Shown: positions 30,686 to 39,148 of the stretch, one piece after another | How positions within the stretch are numbered: position 1 is the stretch's first letter | Layout: each line of letters opens with the position of its first letter | Assembly (NCBI GenBank): GCA_964405265.1 | Contig: CAYONC010000006.1 | Span: 38,174-102,173 of the forward strand | Origin: an uncultured Butyrivibrio sp. | Lineage (GTDB): Bacteria; Bacillota; Clostridia; Lachnospirales; Lachnospiraceae | DNA: 64,000 nt | Reading direction: 5' to 3' | The notes under the pieces: model-generated | The model's input: the letters and a program-made list of their open reading frames with translations, nothing else | Told to the model about the DNA's origin: nothing | Databases searched by the model: none | Program-made: the position numbers and the translations under genes

Positions 30686-30895
30686 AAAAAACGGGAATAC
30701 ATAAAATTATGTATTCCCGGGACGAGCAAACAATGTTAACCCGCGGTGCCACCCGCATTGAAGCCTATGCTTCCACTTTAACTTAAATTGTAAATTATAC
30801 AACAGAGTGTTCCCACGCTTACTACTCTTCTCAAACATGCTTCCAGCCGATGACATGTTCTCTCTGTCAGAATTTCCACAAAAGCGGAGTCTCCA
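30686..30895 (-). ncRNA. T-box riboswitch leader of aspS-gatC/gatA/gatB
   Basis: AGAGAG bulge and GGCTGGAAG loop motifs, T-box GGGTGGCACCGCGG (30741-30754), 3' CTCGTCCC antiterminator strand, terminator gggaatacat-loop-atgtattccc-T7; candidate specifier AAC at 30809-30811. Confidence 0.9.
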
Positions 30896-30901
30896 CTGGA
30901 A

Positions 30902-30930
30902 ATAGTATCAGATTATTTTTCTAAAATCAA
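30902..30930 (-). promoter_or_regulatory. Promoter for the T-box leader
   Basis: TTGATT-17 bp-TACTAT with extended TG on the minus strand. Confidence 0.6.
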
Positions 30931-30955
30931 TAAAAATTTTTATTTTTTTGCATTA

Positions 30956-30984
30956 TTGACACGTTTCTTTCAAAATGATATACC
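30956..30984 (+). promoter_or_regulatory. Promoter for the cobalamin riboswitch operon
   Basis: TTGACA-17 bp-TATACC with extended TG. Confidence 0.55.
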
Positions 30985-31004
30985 TATGACTAAATGAATA
31001 TAAC

Positions 31005-31118
31005 CGCAGTCCGGTATGCATACGTATGCATGAGAGGGAAGTTCGGTGTAAATCCGTCGCAACCATCATTACCGTAATTGAAGATTTTCTTCATAAGTCG
31101 GGCTACTCTCCGGACAAC
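31005..31118 (+). ncRNA. Cobalamin riboswitch (compact, class-II-like)
   Basis: P1 gtccgg/ccggac; core AGGGAAGTTCGGTGTAAATCCG, ACCGTAA, AAGTCGG; precedes B12-type ECF genes. Confidence 0.85.
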
Positions 31119-31215
31119 GGCGGAGGTTTTGTGCCACAGGCACTAACGCTTTTGGATATGAAAGGCGGAACCGTTAAAAGGGGATATCATACCCTTTTTG
31201 CTTAACGGGATTTTT

Positions 31216-31257
31216 GCGTCTTTTTATTCTGAATGGTAATAAGAAGACGCTTTTTTT
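31216..31257 (+). terminator. Attenuator terminator of the cobalamin riboswitch
   Basis: gcgtctt...aagacgc hairpin plus T7 directly before the SD of the first gene. Confidence 0.72.
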
Positions 31258-31266
31258 GGAGGTTTT

Positions 31267-31485
31267 ATGTCGGACGTCAAATTCTGCAGGGAGGACTGTA
31301 TCAGACTCTTAAAAGGAAAATATGAAGAACTGCGTAAAAGGGGTATTACCGGATATCCTAAACGCTCTGACTTTACCGACAGGGAAGTTGTTGCAGTCAA
31401 GGCATTTTTAGGTCCGTGGCCGCGTGCACTTGAAGCGGCCGGCATAAAACCTCCGAGGGCTCCGAAGCATATTCATGTAAAATAA
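31267..31485 (+). CDS. 72-aa small protein resembling the HNH-associated repeat, unknown function
   Basis: GGAGG SD; ELRKRG...PKRSDF...FLGPWPRALEAAGI pattern. Confidence 0.75.
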   Translation: MSDVKFCREDCIRLLKGKYEELRKRGITGYPKRSDFTDREVVAVKAFLGPWPRALEAAGIKPPRAPKHIHVK

Positions 31486-31505
31486 CACATGAAAGAGGTA
31501 TTACA

Positions 31506-32318
31506 ATGAAAAAATTATTAACAGCGCTTTTAACTCTTGCACTCACCGCGTACACCGTCATAATTCCGGTATCTGCTGCCGATACGGATGCAGACGGTAC
31601 CATCGTGTATGTAACGATTACCGATTCTGATGGAAAAACGGTTCTTGCCAATGAAGCCGTTACGGTTAATGACTGCGATAATGATGGAACCCTTACGATT
31701 AACGACGCCCTTTATTCGGCGCATGAAGCAAACTACGAAGGCGGTGCGGCTGCAGGCTATGCATCCGCAGACAGTGAGTGGGGATTATCCCTCACAAAAT
31801 TATGGGGCTGCGAAAACGGAGGTTCATACGGCTATTATGTTAATAATGCATCAGCCATGAGCCTGTCCGATGAAGTTAAAAATAACGATCACGTCAATGC
31901 TTTTGTATATACTGACCTTGTATCATACAGTGATACATATACTTTTTTCAGTGCAGATACGTCTGATGTTGATGCAGGAAGTGAATTTACCCTTACACTT
32001 ACGGCTTACGGATGGGACGGAAATTCTCCTGTGGAAAATGCCATAATTCTTGTCAACGGTCAAAAAACGGATTATCACACCGGTGCTGACGGTACCGTTG
32101 CAATGAAGCTTAACGGGGCAGGACGATATATAATCAGTGCCGAATGTGACGAAATCAACATTGTGGCTCCGGTATTTACGATAAATGTATCAGGAAGTAC
32201 ACAGTCGGAACCTGCTGCCGGTGATAACGGCATGGTTTATGTATGGATGGTGCTTCTTATCATATGTACATGCACTGCATATATTACAGTGAAACATACA
32301 AAATGCCATGAATCATAA
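31506..32318 (+). CDS. Surface protein with DUF4430-like domain, Ig-like domain and C-terminal anchor
   Basis: Signal peptide; TINDAL...LTKLWG..GGSYGYYVNN; C-terminal PAAGD + TM + basic tail. Confidence 0.65.
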   Translation: MKKLLTALLTLALTAYTVIIPVSAADTDADGTIVYVTITDSDGKTVLANEAVTVNDCDNDGTLTINDALYSAHEANYEGGAAAGYASADSEWGLSLTKLWGCENGGSYGYYVNNASAMSLSDEVKNNDHVNAFVYTDLVSYSDTYTFFSADTSDVDAGSEFTLTLTAYGWDGNSPVENAIILVNGQKTDYHTGADGTVAMKLNGAGRYIISAECDEINIVAPVFTINVSGSTQSEPAAGDNGMVYVWMVLLIICTCTAYITVKHTKCHES

Positions 32319-33834
32319 GCATATCTTCAGAACATTTTCATTTTTATTAATCTTTCTGTCTGTCTTCTTCTTTTCCCGTCCGGTTTATGCGGGATTACCG
32401 GAAGACAGTATGGAAATTTACGAAAACATTCTGAAATACAAGGGTGCCGGTTCGGAGGATGAAATTCAGCAGCTGATTGACAGCGGAAGCCTCTCCGAAT
32501 GGTACATCCTTGCACTTGCCGGCTGTGGCTCATACAGCATGGATTCTTATGCAGCAGGACTGCTGTCATATCTTGACGATAACGGCATAAATTCCGCATC
32601 ATCAGCTCTTAAATATGGTCTGTGCCTTATCGCATCAGGATACGGTAACGAAGAATATCTGACCGGCATTCTTGAAAATAATGCCGGAAAACAGGGAATA
32701 ATGAGTCTTGTATTCGGACTTCATCTTGTAAATAACGGAGTAAAGGGAAAAAGCATAGACCGTGACGGACTTATAAATGAAATACTCATGCTTCAGTGTC
32801 AAGACGGCGGCTTTTCCATAATGTCAGACAAGGGAGATGCGGATGTTACCGCAATGGTTCTTCAGGCACTTGCACCAAACCGGTATGCATATCCGGATGT
32901 CAGCACCGCAATTGAGAATGCATTATGCTTTTTGTCGGAATCACAGCTTGAAGACGGCGGCTTTTCGAGCTACGGAACTCCGAATGCGGAAAGTACGGCA
33001 CAGGTCATAATTGCACTGACCTCCCTTGGGATTGATTTATCATCATCCCATGATTTCATAAAGAACGGCAATACACTATTGGACGGTATAAGCAGATATA
33101 TTCTCCCTGACGGAAGCATATGCCATACGGCAGACGGAGTTTCATCTGAAAGTGCCACATCACAGACTTTCTGTGCCATGGCTGCCATAAGACGCATGAA
33201 TGATGACGGAAGTCCCCTGTACATATATGAAAAGGGCGAATACACGTTTACTCCAGAAAAAACACTGAATTACAGGTATATTGCCATTCCCGTAATTGCA
33301 GCTGTCGGGATAATGATATGCATTGTACTCTTCGTAATTAAAAAAAGGCATCCTTTTAATTTTCTGGCAGTCATAATGCTCAGTGCAGCCGGTATACTGT
33401 TTGTTGCATTGACGGATTTTAAATCACCTGATGATTATTATGACGGAAGCAGGATTACAGTTGATAATCCGACCGGTTCTGTCAGTATGTCCATATTATG
33501 CCATACCGTGCAGGGTAAGGCAGAACACATTCCCGAGAACGGTGTAATTCTCGAAAAATCAGTTTTTGACATAGAAGAAGGCGACACCGTATATACGGTT
33601 CTTAAAAGAGCAGCCGTACAATACGGAATACGGATAGACAATACCGGAAACAGCAGTTATGTATATATATCCGGTATAAATTACCTGTATGAATTTGACT
33701 ACGGAGACCTGTCAGGATGGATTTATACGGTCAACGGCATACAGCCCTCAAAGGGTGCCGGTGAATACACACTGAATGACGGTGACGAAATAGAATGGCA
33801 TTACACCCTGAATTTAGGAAAAGACATTGAATGA
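32308..33834 (+). CDS. Prenyltransferase/squalene-oxidase-repeat barrel plus C-terminal DUF4430 (transcobalamin-like)
   Basis: LQCQDGGF, DADVTAMVLQAL, SQLEDGGFSSYG, NAESTAQVIIAL; two TMs; TVYTVL..., YISGINYLYEFDYGDLSGWIYTVNG. Confidence 0.82.
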   Translation: MNHKHIFRTFSFLLIFLSVFFFSRPVYAGLPEDSMEIYENILKYKGAGSEDEIQQLIDSGSLSEWYILALAGCGSYSMDSYAAGLLSYLDDNGINSASSALKYGLCLIASGYGNEEYLTGILENNAGKQGIMSLVFGLHLVNNGVKGKSIDRDGLINEILMLQCQDGGFSIMSDKGDADVTAMVLQALAPNRYAYPDVSTAIENALCFLSESQLEDGGFSSYGTPNAESTAQVIIALTSLGIDLSSSHDFIKNGNTLLDGISRYILPDGSICHTADGVSSESATSQTFCAMAAIRRMNDDGSPLYIYEKGEYTFTPEKTLNYRYIAIPVIAAVGIMICIVLFVIKKRHPFNFLAVIMLSAAGILFVALTDFKSPDDYYDGSRITVDNPTGSVSMSILCHTVQGKAEHIPENGVILEKSVFDIEEGDTVYTVLKRAAVQYGIRIDNTGNSSYVYISGINYLYEFDYGDLSGWIYTVNGIQPSKGAGEYTLNDGDEIEWHYTLNLGKDIE

Positions 33835-33851
33835 ACCCGCAGGAGAAGCAT

Positions 33852-34730
33852 ATGAGAAACTTTGATGATTTCAATCCGGTAAGCATAACCATATATTTCA
33901 TTTCAATAACGGCTGTTATAATGTTTTCAAAGAATCCTCTGCTTCTTCTTACGGCTTTTCTGGGAATTACCGCATATTCCGCGGTCTCCCGGAAAAAAGC
34001 CATGCTTCATGCCTTCAGACTGTGTATTCCGATGTACCTTATTCTGACGCTCATCAATCCTTTCCTGTATCATAACGGAAAAACCGTTTTATTTGTATTT
34101 AATGATATGCCTTTTACATTAGAGGCGCTCATCTGCGGAGCCGTAAGTTCCGGAATAATTGTTACCGTAATTCTATGGTTCAGACTTTTTTCATTAATAA
34201 TGTCCGCCGACAGGCTTATGTATGTTACCGGTATACTGTCGCCGGGATTATCCCTGGTGATTTCCATGTCCGTACGGTATGTTTCACTTTTTAAAATCCG
34301 TTTAGGATATATCAGGGACACGCAGAAAGCCCTCGGCCTCTACAAAAAAGATAATATTTTCAATAAGATTAAAAGTGACCTGCGAATCTTTTCCATACTT
34401 ATCACATGGTCTCTCGAAAATGGAATAATCACTGCACGCAGCATGAATGCAAGAGGCTACGGAAAAAATAAACGTACCTCTTACCGCAGATTCAGATTTA
34501 CAAAAGCGGATTCTCTGATGACCGCTGCTGCCGTTTTATGCAGCACGGTAACCTTCACATCACTTATATGCGGAAGCCTTAATTATGAATTTTACCCTTC
34601 TCTCTCAGGCTTTAATGCATCACCGTCCGCATACGCCGGCTGCACGGCATACGCTATTCTTTCACTGCTGCCGTTATTTATTGAACTGGAGGAAAAAATA
34701 AGATGGAAATACTTACGGTCAAAAATATGA
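33852..34730 (+). CDS. ecfT: ECF transporter T component
   Basis: Multi-TM; SMSVRYV, WSLENGIITARSMNARGYG; ATG 33852 after AGGAG. Confidence 0.88.
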   Translation: MRNFDDFNPVSITIYFISITAVIMFSKNPLLLLTAFLGITAYSAVSRKKAMLHAFRLCIPMYLILTLINPFLYHNGKTVLFVFNDMPFTLEALICGAVSSGIIVTVILWFRLFSLIMSADRLMYVTGILSPGLSLVISMSVRYVSLFKIRLGYIRDTQKALGLYKKDNIFNKIKSDLRIFSILITWSLENGIITARSMNARGYGKNKRTSYRRFRFTKADSLMTAAAVLCSTVTFTSLICGSLNYEFYPSLSGFNASPSAYAGCTAYAILSLLPLFIELEEKIRWKYLRSKI

Positions 34731-36241
34731 ATTTTAAATATCCCGGATGTGAAAATAACGCCTTGACGGACGTAAGCTTCAGTATAAACGCCGGGGATTT
34801 TACGGTAATATACGGCTCGACCGGAAGCGGCAAATCAACACTTCTGAGTCTGCTTAAGGAAGAATCGGCTCCAAAAGGCGATATAAACGGCGATATATCC
34901 TGTTCCGGCAGAATCGGTTATGTATGCCAGCACCCTGAAGAACAGATTGTTACTGACAGGGTATATTCGGAGCTTGCCTTCAGTCTTGAAAATGCCGGTA
35001 TGTCACAGGCTGAAATGTCAAAAAAAATTGCTGAAACCGCTTCTTATTTCGGAATTGAGGAATGGTTTGAGCGTGAAACATCCACTCTGTCCGGCGGCGA
35101 ACAGCAGCTCCTCAATCTTGCTTCTGCCATGATAACAGAGCCGGACATTCTTATTCTTGATGAGCCTGCTTCCAGCCTTGATCCCATAGCGGCATCAGAT
35201 TTTGCCTATGCACTTCACAGACTGAGTGAAGAGCTTTCCATTACGATAATAGTGGCTGAACACAGATTTGACATGCTTCTCCCCTTTTGCAACAGACTTA
35301 TAAGACTTGAAAACGGAAAAATCATATCAGAAGACAGTCCGCAAAACATTAAACCGGATTCTCTTCTTATCCCTTCCGTTACAAAGCTTTTTTTCAGGCT
35401 TAAGGGCTCCGGAAGCTGCCCCGTCACGGTAAGGGAATGCCGCCGTTTTATCGAAAAGCTGCCTATGAAAATTGAATGCAGGCCTTTTTCAGATGAATAC
35501 ATACACAGCAATACCGGTGTTCTTGAGTTTAAAAATGTTTTTTTCAGATATGACAGAAATTCACGTGACGTATTAAACGGTCTTAATTTTACGCTGTACG
35601 AGAATGAAATTCTCTGCATTTTAGGAGGAAACGGCTCCGGCAAATCCACAGCCCTGAAATGTGCGTCCGGAATACTTAATCCCTATTGCGGTTCAATCCG
35701 CGTATACAACAAAAACATAAAAAAATACGGTCAGAATCTGTATGATGGTATCCTAAGCCTTATGCCCCAGAATATACAGACCGTTTTCCTTAAAAATACC
35801 GTACGTGAGGAATTCAGGGACGCAGGCGTGGATTTAAATAACCTGTTTTATGATTTTTCACGGCTTCTTGACAGACACCCTTATGACCTGTCCGGCGGTG
35901 AACAGCAGCTTACCGCACTTGCCAAGGTAATTGCTTCAAATCCGAAAATTCTTCTTATGGATGAACCGACTGCCGGCCTTGATGAATACAGAAAAAAAGA
36001 CCTTATCTCCATTTTTCACCGTCTGAAAAATAACGGAGTTTCAATACTCATTGTGACACATGATGTTGATTTTGCCGCCTCTGTGGCCGACAGGTGCGCC
36101 ATGTTCTTCAGAGGTGAAATAACAGCCGAGGGTACTCCGCGTGATTTTTTCTCCGGAAACTCTTTTTATACCACCTGCATATCCCGTGCTACCCGCGGAT
36201 ATGCCGACCACGCAGTTACGCTTGAGGATATAATTATATGA
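34703..36241 (+). CDS. ECF transporter tandem ATPase (fused A/A')
   Basis: Two Walker A motifs (GSTGSGKST, GGNGSGKST), two LSGGE and LDEP/MDEP. Confidence 0.93.
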   Translation: MEILTVKNMNFKYPGCENNALTDVSFSINAGDFTVIYGSTGSGKSTLLSLLKEESAPKGDINGDISCSGRIGYVCQHPEEQIVTDRVYSELAFSLENAGMSQAEMSKKIAETASYFGIEEWFERETSTLSGGEQQLLNLASAMITEPDILILDEPASSLDPIAASDFAYALHRLSEELSITIIVAEHRFDMLLPFCNRLIRLENGKIISEDSPQNIKPDSLLIPSVTKLFFRLKGSGSCPVTVRECRRFIEKLPMKIECRPFSDEYIHSNTGVLEFKNVFFRYDRNSRDVLNGLNFTLYENEILCILGGNGSGKSTALKCASGILNPYCGSIRVYNKNIKKYGQNLYDGILSLMPQNIQTVFLKNTVREEFRDAGVDLNNLFYDFSRLLDRHPYDLSGGEQQLTALAKVIASNPKILLMDEPTAGLDEYRKKDLISIFHRLKNNGVSILIVTHDVDFAASVADRCAMFFRGEITAEGTPRDFFSGNSFYTTCISRATRGYADHAVTLEDIII

Positions 36242-36897
36242 AAAATTTTAAAAAAATCATCCCTTATATTCTGTTTCCGGTATTTTTATGTTCGGCAGTA
36301 TACACATACAATGCCGGCAGTTATATGGCAGCTTCACTTATTACCGTTTTTTTTGCCCTGATAATGTTTTTTTCGGTATTTGAAAAAAGGCAGAGCAGCA
36401 CGGGAAGACTTGTTCTCGTTTCCATAATAACCGCACTGTCCGTTGCAGGAAGATTTATTCCGTTTTTCAAGCCGGTTGCGGCCCTTACCATAATTGCCGG
36501 CATATATCTCGGCAGAGAAGCCGGATTTATGACAGGAGCCTTTTCGGCTTTTATCTCTGATTTTTATTTCGGACAGGGTCCCTGGACGCCTTTTCAAATG
36601 CTCGGCTGGGGAATTGCAGGATATTTTGCGGGACTCTTATCCGTACATTTAAAAAGGAGCAGAAGCTTTCTTCTGCTATATGGTATTGTGTCAGGCATTG
36701 TATTTTCTGCCATAATGGACATCTGGACGGTTATATGGTACAACGGAACATTCAGTTTTCCCCTGTATCTTACGGCACTCGGAACTGCATTGCCTCATAC
36801 GGTGCTTTATTCCGTTTCAAATTTCATGTTTCTGTTTCTTCTTGCCCGTCCGTTCGGAGAAAAGCTTGACAGAATCATTTTACTGTACAGGGTATAG
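36238..36897 (+). CDS. cbrT: ECF S component, CbrT-like cobalamin-specific
   Basis: FKPVAALTIIAGIYLG, FYFGQGPWTPFQM.GWG; context under a B12 riboswitch. Confidence 0.75.
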   Translation: MKNFKKIIPYILFPVFLCSAVYTYNAGSYMAASLITVFFALIMFFSVFEKRQSSTGRLVLVSIITALSVAGRFIPFFKPVAALTIIAGIYLGREAGFMTGAFSAFISDFYFGQGPWTPFQMLGWGIAGYFAGLLSVHLKRSRSFLLLYGIVSGIVFSAIMDIWTVIWYNGTFSFPLYLTALGTALPHTVLYSVSNFMFLFLLARPFGEKLDRIILLYRV

Positions 36898-36920
36898 GAT
36901 TAGACAATTATTATCTGTTC

Positions 36921-38504
36921 TCACTGATTAATCTCTTCCACCGTTTCAAGCAGCTGCTGTATATTTTTCCTTCCGAAATATACATGCTTATCATTGATAA
37001 TCATGCACGGAACACTCATTATCTTATACTTTTCCCTGTATTTATCAAAACATCTTATATCATATACATCAGCCGTAATATTTTTACACAGTGATGCCAT
37101 ACGCCATGCGGCAGTGACAAGCTCAGGACACATTGTGCATGAAAGTGATACCATTATCTTAATGTCTGTTTTTTTACTGATACGGCTGATTCGGCTTCTT
37201 ATATTTTCATCAATGGCCTGTCCCGGTCCCCCTGCATTGTATATTCCGAGTACAAATGAAGTAAACTCATGACCTCCCGGAACCCCGTGAAAAGCAATCC
37301 CCGTATAAGAATTGCCGTCATATATTCTCACACATGGTCTGTCATCAAGCTCTTCGGCTGATTTTTCCACCCTGAGCTTATCCGTATTTTCTGCAAGCTC
37401 ATATATATATTTTTCAAGCTCTGATGAAATTTTTCCGTCATCCGGGTACAGCTTCATAATAAGTGTTTTTTCCATTCTGTCAAAGAGGTCGGACAGCTGT
37501 TTAAGCATATCACCGTCAAAAAGCCCTTTTTCTTTTTTTTCGGGTTTTAAGGTATTTATACCGGTTTCATCACGGCATTGTGACACATATTTTTCAAGTG
37601 CAGAAGCTGCCATGGCACCGTCTCCCGTTGCCGTAACAACCTGTCTCAATGATTTTACGCATATATCTCCTGCTGCATATACACCTTCGGCACTCGTTTT
37701 CATATCATCATCCGTTATGACATATCCCTGTTCATCAAGACGGATATGCTCCTTTACGATACCCGTTTCCGGCTCGTATCCGGCAAATACAAACACTCCG
37801 AAGCTCTGTCCGTCCGGAGCATTGTATTCCGTTACTTCTCCTGTTTCAACATTTTTGTAACGTATATAATCCGGTCCGTCTTTTCCTTTTATTTCTTCCA
37901 CCTCGGTACAGGTAATAACACTTATGTCAGGATGGTTTTCCGCATGTTCCGCTACGCCCCTTGCACACGTAAATCCTTCTTCCCTTATAAGAATGGTGAC
38001 ATGTGAAGCATATTTTGTAAGAAATACGCTTTCCTCTGCCGCCGCGAATCCTCCTCCTATTACAAAAATTTCTTTTCCTGTAAAAAATTCTCCGTCACAG
38101 GTTGCACAATATGCGACACCCCTGCCCCTGAACTCTTTTTCTCCTTTAAAACCTATAATCCTCGGATGGGCACCCATTGCAAGAAGTATTCCGAAACACC
38201 TGAAATCTCCTTTTTCCGTATGGACCGTTTTAACCTTATCATTCAGTTCAAAACCGGTAACCTCAGCCCTCATAAACTCCGTTCCGAAATTTTCCGCCTG
38301 TCTGTATATTGTACCGGTCAGTTTTTTCCCATCCGTTCTTTCAATACCCGGATAATTTACCACTTCATCCGTAATTGTTATCTGTCCTCCAAAATCATCC
38401 TTTTCAAATACAAGTACACTGTATCTGGCTCTTGTCAGATACAGTGCGGCGGTAAGTCCTGCCGGACCTCCTCCGACAATAATTACGTCATATATTTTTT
38501 CCAT
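36921..38504 (-). CDS. ahpF: AhpF-like peroxiredoxin reductase: TrxR module first, thioredoxin-like module C-terminal
   Basis: IVGGGPAG, YCATCD, IGGG, GVYAAGD; C-terminal GIAFHGVPGGHEFTSF and SCTMC. Confidence 0.82.
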   Translation of the reverse strand: MEKIYDVIIVGGGPAGLTAALYLTRARYSVLVFEKDDFGGQITITDEVVNYPGIERTDGKKLTGTIYRQAENFGTEFMRAEVTGFELNDKVKTVHTEKGDFRCFGILLAMGAHPRIIGFKGEKEFRGRGVAYCATCDGEFFTGKEIFVIGGGFAAAEESVFLTKYASHVTILIREEGFTCARGVAEHAENHPDISVITCTEVEEIKGKDGPDYIRYKNVETGEVTEYNAPDGQSFGVFVFAGYEPETGIVKEHIRLDEQGYVITDDDMKTSAEGVYAAGDICVKSLRQVVTATGDGAMAASALEKYVSQCRDETGINTLKPEKKEKGLFDGDMLKQLSDLFDRMEKTLIMKLYPDDGKISSELEKYIYELAENTDKLRVEKSAEELDDRPCVRIYDGNSYTGIAFHGVPGGHEFTSFVLGIYNAGGPGQAIDENIRSRISRISKKTDIKIMVSLSCTMCPELVTAAWRMASLCKNITADVYDIRCFDKYREKYKIMSVPCMIINDKHVYFGRKNIQQLLETVEEINQ

Positions 38505-38507
38505 AAT

Positions 38508-39071
38508 TTACAGCTTCCCCACTAAATCAAGTCCCGGTTTTAAAGTTTCTTCTCCCGGCTTCCAGTTTGCAGGACACACCTGATCACCATGTTCACGTAC
38601 AAACTGGCATGCCTGCACTTTTCTCAATAATTCATCCGCATTTCTTCCCACATTTCCTGCACTGACTTCATATGCAGTTATCTTACCCTCCGGATTGATT
38701 ATAAAGGTTCCTCTCTCCGCCATCCCGTCGCCTTCTATCAGGACTTCAAAATCCTCTGAAATACAGTGAGTCGGATCAGCAAGCATCGGATATTTTAATT
38801 TGCCGATTCTTTCAGATGAATCGTGCCATGCCTTATGCACAAAATGAGTATCCGTGGAAACTGAATATATTTCGCATCCTATTTCTTTAAATTTATCATA
38901 TTTTTCTGATAAATCCTCTAACTCAGTCGGGCATACGAATGTAAAATCCGCAGGATAAAAAAAGAAGATATTCCACTTACCCAAAATATCTTCTTTTGAA
39001 ATCATCTTAAATTCGTTGTTATGAAATGCATATGCTCTAAATTCTGCTATTTCCCTGTTAATCTGTGACAT
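38508..39071 (-). CDS. ahpC: Alkyl hydroperoxide reductase C (2-Cys peroxiredoxin)
   Basis: FFYPADFTFVCPTE, VCPANW. Confidence 0.97.
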   Translation of the reverse strand: MSQINREIAEFRAYAFHNNEFKMISKEDILGKWNIFFFYPADFTFVCPTELEDLSEKYDKFKEIGCEIYSVSTDTHFVHKAWHDSSERIGKLKYPMLADPTHCISEDFEVLIEGDGMAERGTFIINPEGKITAYEVSAGNVGRNADELLRKVQACQFVREHGDQVCPANWKPGEETLKPGLDLVGKL

Positions 39072-39096
39072 ATATTTTCCCCTTTTCTGATATTTA

Positions 39097-39111
39097 TTGA
39101 GAACATCTCAA
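39097..39111. promoter_or_regulatory. PerR/Fur-like 7-1-7 inverted repeat upstream of ahpC
   Basis: TTGAGAA-C-ATCTCAA (one mismatch), about 25 bp upstream of ahpC. Confidence 0.5.
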
Positions 39112-39148
39112 TCAATATCATGCCCCAAAAATGATAAATTATTTATTT

